Positions 52,450 to 64,000 of a stretch of 64,000 nucleotides of DNA are shown in pieces. Under the pieces are notes generated by a model. That model did not search any database and was not told where the DNA came from. It worked only from the letters and a program-made list of their open reading frames with translations. The position numbers and the translations under genes were made by a program. Position 1 is the first letter of the stretch, and every line of letters starts with the position of its first letter. Origin of the DNA: Octopus sinensis (taxonomy: Eukaryota); assembly GCF_006345805.1 (NCBI RefSeq), contig NC_043002.1:2170001-2234000 (forward strand), read 5' to 3'.

Positions 52450-52494
52450 CACCCGAGATGGATCGATGTTAGATGTGTCGAAACAATTGTGGTG
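52450..52494 (+). ncRNA. Degenerate hammerhead relic
   Basis: CAC-CCGAGA-...-GAAA-CAAUUGU-G-GUG; palindrome ACAAUUGU kept, core and position 17 mutated. Confidence 0.35.
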
Positions 52495-52536
52495 ATTAAT
52501 AATAAATTCCATTTTCCGTCTTTCTTTTGCCATGTG

Positions 52537-52587
<51 letters not shown>

Positions 52588-53220
52588 GAATTTATGTATA
52601 AGTAGTTTTTTGTTATGGTGTGTTATTTGTAGCCTGCACCGTGCGAGGGAATATTGTTGAGTGTTATTGATAATGGTGTTATTGAAAATCGTTTACTTAA
52701 TCTGGATATGTTTCAAGTAAAACCGATCTAAGAGAAATTCGATCTCGAAGGAAACTGAAGTAATTATCAAAACGAATCAAGGTGAACTTGAGTCGCAGCG
52801 TCCGATTTCATTTGTATTTATTTTAGAGAGGCTTAGATAACATTATTAAGACAGTTGCATGGTTTGTTCTTTACTTAAGAAATGCGGAAGATTATTCTTT
52901 TGAATGGTTGTTGTTAGTTCTCTGCGATGGAATTACCTTTTATAATGACCACAGTAACATCCTAATATAGAGTAATTTGACTCTATCTTTAAATTCATAT
53001 CTTCTGGAAACTAACCCAATGTAATTTTCACAAAATCTAATTTACATCGTGCTTCACATGCAATAACATGTTTATCTGTGAGTACATGCCAATACTGTAG
53101 CGAAAACATACGGCTTTGCTAAGATAAGGAATATCAAATAATATTCGTACAACCGTTCTCTTATCAAATTCCAATAGATACCATCTTCATATATATATAT
53201 ATACACGCAATAGACATATA

Positions 53221-53623
53221 CTCTTTTACTATTTTACTCTTTTACTTGTTTCAGTCATTTGACTGCGGCCATGCTGGAGCACCGCCTTTAGTCGAGCAAC
53301 TCGACCCCAGGACTTATTCTTTGTAAGCCCAGTACTTATTCTATCGGTCTCTTTTGCCGAACCGCTAAGTGACGGAGACGTAAACACACCAGCATCGGTT
53401 GTCAAGCAATGCTAGGGGGACAAACACAGACACACAAACACATACATAGATATACATATATATATACATATATACGACAAGCTTCTTTCAGTTTCCGTCT
53501 ACCAAATCCACTCACAAGGGGCTATAGCAGAAGACACTTGTCCAAGATGCCACGCAGTGGGACTGAACCCGGAACCATGTGGTTGGTTAGCAAGCTACTG
53601 ACCACACAGCCACTCCTGCGCCT
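53221..53623 (-). mobile_element. Octopus-type tRNA-derived SINE
   Basis: Same family as 45407-45844, with a small internal deletion. Confidence 0.92.
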
Positions 53624-55099
53624 ATGTTAAAGTATTATAAATTAGAAACGGTATGGCCCTTCTCTCTCTCTCTAATCCCAGTTAAGTTAAACGCTGTAAC
53701 TGACATTCGTTATATGGACATTTGAGAAAGGAAACTTAAATAAACTAAAAGTATTCTGAATCCGAGGATTAACTCAGGTCAGAAGGAACATATTTGTAAA
53801 GAAGAATAAAATCGGTTAAATCGAACGGGAGTGCTGATCGTTATTTCATCGATATATTTATTATTTCTATTACTTCATCCGTCGTTGTCGACGATGACTA
53901 AGGATATTACATGGTGTGTCTGGTTGTGACTGGTCAGTCTGATGCATGCTCCGAAGGGTCTGCTGCAGGTCGGGCGCTGGTGATCTGTTAGGACTAAAGA
54001 CAAGGAATTGGATCGGGACAATTAGGTCTAACGATTACATCGAGCCTTGTAGAATTTGAACCCGTTAAGTAAAAGGATGTCACTAAATACGCCGAGCCGC
54101 CGCTTGCTCGAGAATTCTGTTGATTACATAATCTTCGCCTGTTTATTTTTTTTAGCAGAAGACAGCAACGGCGTTGTGTTGGGTGTGAGTTATAACAGCA
54201 GAGTGTGTCAGACGAAGATAAGCGAGGACAAGGTATCTATTGAGACCTGATGATGATAAGGGATTTAGATATATGGAAGGTGAGAAATGGAAGAACCAAT
54301 ATGCTTAATACCGACACTGTTAGATTCTAACATAGAAATTATTATGGTAAAAGTCTAAGATTGAAATTCTGTGATATACGTAAATCCCCCCCACACACAT
54401 ACACGCGCATATATATATTTATGAGTCTAAAGAAAGAGTGGAGAAGCAACTTCAGCGTGTGTTTGTGTCTGAGTATATTTGCGTATGTGTGTGTGTGTGT
54501 GTGTGTCTGTCTGTGTATGCGTGTATTTTTCTCACAGCGCGCACTCGTCTCGAAAGCGTTCGTACCTGGCTCCTGGCGAAGGTTTATCTTGTCGGCACTG
54601 TCCCACAACTCACTGCTGCCCAGGCTATCCTTCTTCCTCTTATTTCACCCCGAAACACGGGGGTCAATGCATAATCAAATATCTTTCGACTGCATCTCCA
54701 CCTGGTTATCTATCAATAATGCTGTCAGTACCGAAACCGATCCTTTTTCTAACTCTCAACTCCCTATTACCTCTTTTTCACCTCATTTATGCATCTCTGA
54801 CTGACACACAGGCACTTCAAGTACCCCTCAACTCATTCTTACCTTCCATCTTAAACTCTGCCAGACATTAACTCTTCCTGCACCGAGTGGATCCTTTGGC
54901 CACTCCCTGACCACGGTTCACCTCGCCACATCGTTATACAACGCGATATTCCCCATCCGCAACACCGTATGAAACTTAAAGGAAGTAAATTATTGTTTGG
55001 AGTAATTTCCACCCAAAATGTGCAGCCGAAAATGTACTCATCCTGGCGAGAGATAAATATTATTTTATAAACAAAGGGAATATTTTTATGAGCTAACGA

Positions 55100-55251
55100 T
55101 AGTTTCATGCGATGAAAACGACTCAGGCAGCACTTCACAGCACAAGTGATGACGTCACGCGATCCTTCTGTTTTACAGAGTCCGAGGATCGCATCAAAGC
55201 ACAAGACGTGTTATAAAATGGTGGCTGAGTTGTTTTCATCGTATGAAATTA
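55100..55251. mobile_element. MITE, 152 bp, 27 bp TIRs
   Basis: TAGTTTCATGCGATGAAAACGACTCAG versus CTGAGTTGTTTTCATCGTATGAAATTA. Confidence 0.6.
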
Positions 55252-55374
55252 TTAGTAGGAGGTACGAATAAATGATATAATATTATATATATATATATAA
55301 GGAAATCAATGCAATTAAATAATGAATAGTAAATAACTTATAATATATATTATACATATATATAATATATTATG

Positions 55375-55405
<31 letters not shown>

Positions 55406-55587
55406 GTATATATATATATATAACGACGTAAGGAGTACTAGCCATCTGAATGTGGCTATCTACTGGGGGTGGGGTGTTACTGATGCTTTTAGCCCCAGGC
55501 GATCACCAGATGTACTTTAGACACTATCTCAGTGCCCTTGTGTTATTTGCAAAGGGAGGTCATCCTCCCTCGAAGACCTAAGTACTG

Positions 55588-55632
55588 CATACGGACTATA
55601 GTTTCAAGGTAATTGCCTCTCGTTAACGCATG
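55588..55632 (-). ncRNA. Hammerhead-like fold with UUAACGA core (copy 1)
   Basis: CAUGCG-UUAACGA-GAGG(CAAUUA)CCUU-GAAA-CUAUAGUC|CGUAUG; 6 bp stem I, palindrome ACUAUAGU, GUC site. Confidence 0.65.
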
Positions 55633-55942
55633 GTAGGCACCGGTCTTCGATGAAGGAGTCCCCTTGCAAATAATATATAACGTTTTTCACAGCAACCACT
55701 GTCACTGATTTAGAAAAACTGTCTGAAAGCAATAATAAATCTCTGAACGAGATATAAACAGTAACCGCTCGACAACGTAAGGTGTACTAGCCATCTGAAT
55801 GTGTCTAGCCACTGGGGGTGGGGTGTTACTGATGCTTTTAGCCCCAGGCGATCAACGTCACCAGATGGACTTTAGACACTATCTCAGTGCCCTTGTGTTA
55901 TTTGCAAAGGGAGGTCATCCTCCCTCGAAGACCTAAGTACTA

Positions 55943-55987
55943 CATACGGACTCTAGTTTCAAGGTAATTGCCTCTCGTTAACGCATG
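55943..55987 (-). ncRNA. Hammerhead-like fold with UUAACGA core (copy 2)
   Basis: As copy 1, with stem III ACUAGAGU. Confidence 0.6.
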
Positions 55988-56234
55988 GTAGGCACCGGTC
56001 TTCGATGAAGGAGTCCCCTTGCAAATAATATATAACGTTTTTCACAGCAACCACTGTCACTGATTTAGAAAAACGGTCTGAAAGCAATAATAAATCTCTG
56101 GTGACGTTGATCGCCTGGGGCTAAAAGCATCAGTAACACCCCACCCCCAGTGGCTAGCCACATTCAGATGGCTAGTACACCTTACGTTGTCGAGCGGTTA
56201 CTGTTTATATCTCGTTCAGATATTTATTATTGCT

Positions 56235-56283
<49 letters not shown>

Positions 56284-56942
56284 ATATTATAATATATTAT
56301 AATATATTTATTATAATATATTTATTATATAATTGCATATATTATATAATATATTTATTATTTAATTGCATTCATTTCCAAGTAAGTTTATCTTCATCTT
56401 TTTGATGCAACTCTCTACTCTACACTGTGTCCTTCCTTCCTCTTTCCTTCTCTAATTCCCTTTTCTCTGCTCGCTCCTTCACCGTTTTCTATCTTTCTCT
56501 CCCTCTTTCTCTTTTCTCTCATTCTCTCTCTCGTTGCTCACATGTGACATCGTCCATCTTTCTTTTCTTCACGTGACCATCTTTCTGCGAGGACGTTTCA
56601 AAGATCGGACGTGTTTTACTCTCTCTCTCTCTCTCTCTCTCTCTTTTATCTTTCCTCTTTTCAAAAGAAATCTTTCTCCCAGGGTTCACTATTTTCCTCT
56701 CGTTCTTGTCCAACGACCCTCCATGTTTGTTCTCGTTCGGTTTCCTTGTATGTCTCCAATGTCATTTTCTTGTTCCCAACTTTGATTCTCCATAAATCGT
56801 AAATTTTATTTTAGAATTTATGGGAGCAACTGTCTTTGAAGATTCACATCGTCGTTGAATACTCGAAATGAGGAGCAGATGGACAGCCGGAAGCTCATGA
56901 AGGGTTCTTTCTCAGTGTTTACTTGTCCTGTTTTCCATTTAC

Positions 56943-56998
<56 letters not shown>

Positions 56999-57000
<2 letters not shown>

Positions 57001-57230
57001 TTTAAATTTATCCAATGAGGAAGAAAACAATTTAAATGCGCCATCTTAATTTAAGATAATTTTGTCTCAATCTAAACGAATTGAAACTTGTTTGTGAAAT
57101 TGGGAGTAAAAGCAAATTGATTTAATTCGGTAAGAGATGAAACCAAATTAAATTTGAGTGATGTGCCTCGACTTGTAACTCACTGTGAGCATTATTATTA
57201 GGATTAAAATTAAAATCATCCACCAAAAGC
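56999..57230 (+). repeat. Unclassified ~230 bp interspersed repeat (copy 1 of 3)
   Basis: Reverse-complement copies at 60159-60334 and 61917-62140 share the end CGTTTAAATTTATCCAATGA. Confidence 0.85.
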
Positions 57231-57720
57231 CATCTCTACTCATTTTTACAAATATATATACCATAAATACTCGATTATAAAACGCCCTCACTCTAAGACG
57301 CAACCCCGACTTACAAGGCTCAAATCGGGAATTTTATCAGTGACCCGCCTATAAGTTGCAGCGACATTTTTGATGGTGGAAGGCAAAGTTCAATCAGGAA
57401 TCACACCGACATAGCGTTTGAAGACACTTGCCCCAGGTGCCAGGCAGTGGGACTGAAACCGGAACCAAGTGGGTGGGAAGCGAATTTCTTACGACAGGGC
57501 CACAGAAGCTTCAAAGTTTTGGTCATTTAAGTCGTCGTGCGACTTCGATGTATTTAAGTTAATCTTGGCTTTATAGAGTGTTTGTTCAAAGTCACTGTCG
57601 ATGATATTCTTGTTTAAGAATGATAAATTTGTACTCCTCAAAACTATAGGGTAATCGATCAGATTAATGTAAAATTGTTTTTATTATAACAGAACATAAA
57701 AACAAACATTAATATAGCTT

Positions 57721-57802
<82 letters not shown>

Positions 57803-58617
57803 TGTGTGTGTGTGTGTGTGTACATAAATTTATAAACGTGCGTATATATGAATGTGTGCAAGTGTCTGTATGTATTTAATCTGATCTTCCTCCTAAAATT
57901 ACGTTAAAAACGTTTTTATATTCAATAAGATAGATTTCTCTCACAAGAATCGTTAGAACAAAACCGTTTAACCTTTCAAATAACAATATAATGGCCCGTT
58001 ACTCATGACATTAAAATTTTATGTTGCTTTATACGTGTTCCTCTTATGTTTACACAGAATTACGTACGACTTTAATCTCTCGATATCATCTAGTCTACAG
58101 TAATTGGGAACATAATCCAGTATAGTACATCCCTTCAGTTCTCCATCATAAAATCAAAGATATTTTCAAAACAAACAGTTTATGAACATTTTCTAATTTC
58201 GTTGTGCGATGTCCACTCCCCTCCGTCTCCCTAATATTTCATTCGTACATCAAGCAACAATTAAGGGTAATTTTTTTAGCTGCGCGTCATATGGTATGTA
58301 GGATCTAGTCTATGTATTCTATGTGTGAGGCCAAGGATTCATTTTTACGCCGAGGTCAGGGAGAAATAGTTTATTATTAGTTGTTCACAGTACGTTTCTC
58401 AAAAATAATGATAAAGGTGTGTCTGTAACTCGAGGCGGATTGAATATCTCCGGGGATTTCATTCATAAAGCACCGGTTCTTTTAGAGGATATTTGTTTCC
58501 TTCATCGTCACTCGTCGTCAGTCACACACCACGAACACACACAGTTATAGGCATATATTCATACATACACGTATACGTACACGTGAATATAGGTATGTAT
58601 GTATGTATGTATGTATG

Positions 58618-59265
58618 CATGTAAGTCATTACTCAATTTATTTCAAGATTCCTTACCAATAGCGAAAGAACCGGTTTCTAACCTAGATCCAAGGCTCCTT
58701 CATTGGCATTTCAACATCAACAACAGGGTATTTTTGCTTGTATGTATGTATGTATGTATGTATGTATGTATGTATGTATGTATGTATGTATGTATGTATG
58801 TATGTATGTATGTATATATGTATGTATGTATGTGTCTGTGTATGTATATGTGCAGATTTGCATGTTTTGCTTTAAGTATGTATTCTCATGTATATACTTT
58901 CATATCTAGACATGCTCATATATATTTAAATGATAAACTGGAAAAACGATTTTTACATTTCCAGTGATGGATTGGATCTGTGGTCCTCGAATTAACTTTC
59001 TCCTTTCTGGTTTTGAGAAGCCTAATTTCTCAAGATTGGAATTTAAGCAATGGGTTACTTATTCCAGTGCCCTAATAATTACAGGTATAAACCTGAACTT
59101 GTAATCTGGATAGAGTAACTGCAGATTTCTCATTAGTTCAGCATAGGTGTTCTCTTCTTCACTGATCTTCAGCTGGGCAGCTGATTCCCACAACTGTCCA
59201 CAGCTTCTCTTCTCCATCCCGAATCATATCAGATCCGTGGTGCTTAGATTTTATTGAGGTCTTGT
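58618..59265 (-). mobile_element. RLE non-LTR retrotransposon 3' end associated with (ATAC)n
   Basis: ..DGEEKLWTVVGISCPA..NTYAELMRNLQLLYPDYKFRFIPVII..LEKLGF.. ; (ATAC)n inside the 3' UTR and at both ends. Confidence 0.75.
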
Positions 59266-60435
59266 ATGTATGTGTGTATGTATGTATGTATGTAGCATGC
59301 ATGAGCTTCAGTAATCCGAACGACAAATGCATCACTTTCATATTATCCAAACAAATTATCCAGACCCCTTCTGTATATATATATAAGTAGGCACGCTGTG
59401 TCTAACCCAAATTATGGAATTGTCTTAGGATTTCTTCTGTTGTTTACAATAATAAAAACTGAATCTAAATTACTTTTGCCACGCGTCTCCAATATATTCC
59501 TTTCTATGAAACTACCGGATGCTTTTTCCTTCTTATTTTATCCTCTTTGTCTGGATTTTGTTCCAATTGTTTATGTTTAATCTCCCCACTCTCTCTCACC
59601 TTCTCTCTCTCTTTCATTACTTTCTCTCTCTCTTTCTCTTCCTCTATGTTTCTCTCTTTCTCTATCTCTCTCCCCCACTCTCCCTTTCTCTCTGTCTGTC
59701 TCTCTCTCTTCCATATAAATCTTCTATAAATCTTTGCGAACACTGCAATCAGAATGTTTATACGCAGATATGAAAGATTATTTTTTGTTTTAAAATAAAC
59801 CGTTTACCATTCTAATATATGTTCGTCACCCTCAGATGTATTACCAAATCCTGGCATCAGTGAGTATCACGAAATGAAATTCTTCCGATTTTCCAATCTG
59901 TCCCTGTTAAACATAGTCTTATCTCTAGTGTGGAAAGATAGAAATTTTTTGAAGTGAAAAGACAAGAATCAGCGCCTGTCTCATAAATGGTGGTGGCCAC
60001 AGATAAGAAACTCTTCAAGTCACAAAGTGAAGTTATTTTATATGATAAATAGTTCACTTTCATATAATTAGCTCTATCTCTAACAGCTAATCAACGCCAA
60101 GATGGTCTGATTGATTTGACCACAAAATCTTTTAGTGGCTGACACATTCCAACCTTTTAAGTCGAGGCACATCACTCTAATTTAATTTGGTTTCATCTCT
60201 TACCGAATTAAATCAATTTGCTTTTACTCCCAATTTCACTAACAAGTTTCGATTCGTTTAGGTTGAGACAAAATTCTCTTAAATTAAGATGGCGCATTTA
60301 AATTGTTTTCTTCATCATTGGATAAATTTAAACGATTTTGTTTTGCTAAATTATATCATAATATAATATATCATCACCATCATCATCTCCTTATCCTTAT
60401 CCTTATCATTATCATTATTATTATCATTATTATTA

Positions 60436-60499
<64 letters not shown>

Positions 60500-60594
60500 C
60501 ATCATCATCATCATCATTATTATTATCATCATTACCATTATTATTATCATTATTATTATTATCATCATTATTATTATTATTATTATCATTATTA

Positions 60595-60629
<35 letters not shown>

Positions 60630-61114
60630 GAGTGAGAGAGCAGTGCATGCCATCAAAGTGACGCTGGGGTAAAATATACGAAGCCCAGTATACCCATCAT
60701 GACTACCCGTCTGATAAGGGCACACCAGGCACATGCATCACAACCATATGTGCGCGATATGGTGATCTCATATGAAGATAAACAGCACATGACCTTGCAG
60801 GTGGGGCCCACTTAGAATTTTCTTCTGGTCGAGTAACCCATCCCACTCAAAAGGTCCTTGAATAAGAGTTATTTAAGGATGTTAAATGAAACACCCATGT
60901 TTCCAGAGGTGAATTATTTAAACCCCAAACAATCCCTCTCAACATATGACTATGATGCTCCCCCACTACTTCTGCTCGTGATCAGAGATGCACATATCGT
61001 CAGCCACTAAGGGACATGCTCAACTGGTTACGGTCAAACAACTGACAAGCAAATCTGTGGTATTGAGCAGAATATTTGCTGTAGCCCATCTTTTATACCA
61101 AGACAAAACAATGT
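60630..61114 (-). mobile_element. ~550 bp non-coding (AAT)n-tailed element (copy 2, 5'-truncated)
   Basis: Matches 26643-27130. Confidence 0.85.
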
Positions 61115-61132
61115 ATATTATTATTATTATTA

Positions 61133-61227
<95 letters not shown>

Positions 61228-61228
<1 letters not shown>

Positions 61229-61711
61229 TATGTTTGACTTTTGCTTTATGATTGTACAAGTCTCACCCAGAGACCTCAAGAGACAACAGGTTGGAAGTTC
61301 ACGTTGTTGTTATGCCTAGTGTGCCATATATTTGGGGGGTTTTTTGGTGTTGTACTAGTGAATGTCTAATAAATAAAAAAAATTTTTTTAATTGTTTGTT
61401 TTAAACCTTGAGATTACATAGAGAGTATTTTGCGTAGGATATGAGCAGTTCCCATGAGCACTATCTTTTGAATTTCTGCCATTTTGGGGTTTCCTAGTAT
61501 CTGAGTTAGGTAGCAATCAGCCCCTTTCGCTATCATTCCCAGGGCACCTATGACAACAGGTATTGTTTTAGTATTCAGGTGCCACATTTTGCTGATTTCT
61601 ATTTCAAGATCTTTATATTTGCTCAGTTTTTGGTAGGTCTTGACAGATACGTTTATATCGATTGGGACAGTCATATCAATGAGGAGGCATGTTCTTTGTC
61701 TGAAGTCTTTC
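61228..61711 (-). mobile_element. R4/Dong family 3 3' end
   Basis: ORF 61414-61713 KDFRQRTCLLIDM..YKDLEIEI..LRKILSM; matches the 28489 copy; (AAT)n flanks. Confidence 0.92.
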
Positions 61712-62140
61712 AATATATTATTATTATTATTATTATTATAAAAATCACAAGCCTTCTGAAATACAACGACCCTGTGTAATTCGCAGGGCTTGTTGCTTTC
61801 TAATTCTAATATCTTTACTCTCTTAACTAATTTAGTGCTATTCTATTTGATGAAGCCTTATATATATATATTTCTGTTTCGAGGTCCCTTGAAAAAATTA
61901 GTGGAAATGGATTGGGGTGGGTAATTTTATTTTAATCTTCATAATAATGTTTACAGTGAGTTACAAGTTGAGGCACATCACTCAAATTTAATTTGGTTTC
62001 ATCTCTTACCGAATTAAATCAATTTGCTGTTACTCCCAATTTCACTAACAAGTTTTGAGTCGTTTAGGTTGAGACAAAATTCTCTTAAATTAAGATGGCG
62101 CATTTAAATTGTTCTCTTCATCATTGGATAAATTTAAACG

Positions 62141-62181
<41 letters not shown>

Positions 62182-62339
62182 CATATTATATTAATATTAT
62201 ATAATATTATATAATATTATATAATATTTGTATATATATATATACATATTTATAAAATACATATATATATACATATAATATTATTCATCTCTCACCAGAA
62301 TGAGTACATTTTTGTTCATCTTACCTTCATAGAATATAC

Positions 62340-63025
62340 TATACACGTGGTGATATCACCAAGTCCCCGGACTAGTTCTGTAGCACGCTAACAGGTGGCA
62401 GCACACGGTTGCCTACGTAGTAAGAGCTAGCAATGACCTCCGTGAGACAGTTTGCCGAGTAACATTGTTGCGTTTACTTCGCAAGTTCTGAAATTTGTGC
62501 TTTTGTCATCACGTGTATGCTGTAGATTGCGATTTTGTCAAGGACAGGAAGTTGGAAGAAAGAACCAGCGTGAAAGTTTCTACTACAAAGACATTGAGCA
62601 TGCTTCAGCAAGCTTATGGCGATGAGGCAATGGGCCGTACGCAATGTTTTGAGTGAAACGTGCGCTTCAAAAGTGGAAGAATACCCCTGTTCTCTGGAAG
62701 ACGACGAGTGATATGGAAGACCTGCCACGAGGGTCACCCCCGGAAAGGTGGAGAAAATTCATGAGCTTGTGTATGAGAATCTTCGAAGGACAATCAATGA
62801 CTTTTTAAAGCGTTGGAGCCGAAAGTGACCGGATCCGGAGAGTGAATAATTGGATTCTTCACTACGACAATGTACCCTGTGACCGAGATCTGCTCATTCG
62901 TGAGTTTCTCGCCCAAAACAACTTGGTATTGCTGAGGACTTTCACCTCCTCTTGAAAGGTCGCCGATTTAACAACGTTTTCGAGATCCAGAGCGAATCGC
63001 AGAAGGTCCTAGACTAGCTTTCGGG
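62340..63025 (+). mobile_element. Internally deleted mariner
   Basis: LSMLQQAYGDEAMGRTQCFE..RFKSGR..GRPAT..KVEKIHELV, then HYDN and LKGRRF remnants. Confidence 0.8.
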
Positions 63026-63034
63026 AAATCTCAC

Positions 63035-63098
<64 letters not shown>

Positions 63099-63219
63099 TA
63101 TATATTAATCAATATAGGGTGGCAAAAGATTTTGTAGAATTTTTTTGCCACCAGCGGCCTAGCGGGAAAAAATTAAATAGTCATAGACCATTTTTAAGTT
63201 CCTTGATTGTGATATATAT

Positions 63220-63256
<37 letters not shown>

Positions 63257-63518
63257 GCATATATATGCATATATATAAAGCTGTATTATTAGCGTCATTA
63301 ACGATGATATTAATAAGGTAATAATAGAATGGCTAACAAGTTCGCATTGTTACAGGCACAATATAAGCTAAATTTAGATTCAATTCGATATATAATACCA
63401 GTTGCTAAAATCAGAGCCGAGGCTCCAGAACCACGAATAAAGATACACACGAGCAATGCAATGAACGGATGAGAAATAGACTTACCTTTGTGTTGAATAC
63501 ATCAGTAAGAAATGTATA

Positions 63519-63580
63519 TTTCAATACCAATTGATTTCACCTTCTGTTTGGCCAACATTCTCTGGGATCTTCAGTTGAAA
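63519..63580 (-). ncRNA. Type I hammerhead motif in a solo pseudo-LTR
   Basis: UUUCAA-CUGAAGA-(weak stem II)-GAAA-UCAAUUGGUA|UUGAAA; 6 bp stem I; followed by ATG (63502) and AAG|GTAAGT (63486/63485). Confidence 0.62.
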
Positions 63581-64000
63581 ATAACATTTTAACATCTTTT
63601 TCTAAAATATTCACTATATTCGCTCGTGTGCGTTCCTTACTTTAAAAGTCCCGCTCCGTTTGAAAGAAAACTATGTTGAGTAAGAATAAGTTTAAATAAA
63701 GATGTATTATTACCGTTATTAATGATAAGGTAATAAGGTAATATTGTGCCTAAAACGGTGTGAACTTGCTATTATTTATTTATGTATTCATCTGAGGGAT
63801 GAAACAATGACTGCGTCTTTCTCAATTTGTAGAATATACCGGTACCACGAAACGGTGTATTGCATACAGAGATATCCAAAAGGGATTGTTTAAGTTTTGA
63901 TATACCAAGGTGTCTTTAAGAGGTAAGACAAGATAGTAAGACAACAGGCAATTATCGTTCCGATGGTAATGAGGAATTGACAATGAGCCATAACAGCTCG

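Larger units (their letters stand above)
55421..56234 (-). mobile_element. Retrozyme / PLE pseudo-LTR array: two ~350 bp monomers plus a 138 bp inverted arm
   Basis: Units offset by 349-355 bp; 56097-56234 is the reverse complement of the unit junction; (TA)n on both sides. Confidence 0.85.

Noticed and set aside
57005-57110. ATGAnGA...GAAAC in the 230 bp repeat as a hammerhead
   Set aside because: C3/U4 absent, position 17 is G, and stem I is out of register in the copies read.
63486-63640. First exon of a host gene (perfect AAG|GTAAGT donor)
   Set aside because: The same segment folds as a hammerhead, so a PLE pseudo-LTR is the simpler explanation; kept only as a possible exaptation in the findings.

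Overview
AT-rich, microsatellite-laden eukaryotic DNA with no prokaryotic operon and no CRISPR array. The SINE, Dong/R4 LINE and mariner content points to a cephalopod (Octopus-like) intronic or intergenic region; this is inferred from recognition, not from a search. Most ORF-track entries are microsatellite read-throughs. Transposable elements: R4/Dong-type restriction-like-endonuclease (RLE) LINEs piled into (TAA)n tracts (24.4-37 kb, 60.6-61.7 kb), CR1-group LINE fragments, mariner/Tc1 elements, a Helitron fragment, tRNA-derived SINEs and Penelope-like elements (PLEs). One likely host terminal exon lies at 14902-15229 (minus), possibly a divergent TNF-type jelly-roll. The main signal is an unusually dense set of type I hammerhead ribozyme (HHR) motifs: about 15 copies from roughly 10 unrelated sequence families, all folded by eye. 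Three sit in tandem 350-500 bp retrozyme/pseudo-LTR arrays inserted in (TA)n, each with a 5' inverted arm that crosses the monomer junction. Some carry non-canonical cores: UUGACAA (compensatory U3-A8) and UUAACGA (in two unrelated families). One family fuses a tRNA-derived head to a hammerhead. None of the ribozymes has been tested.
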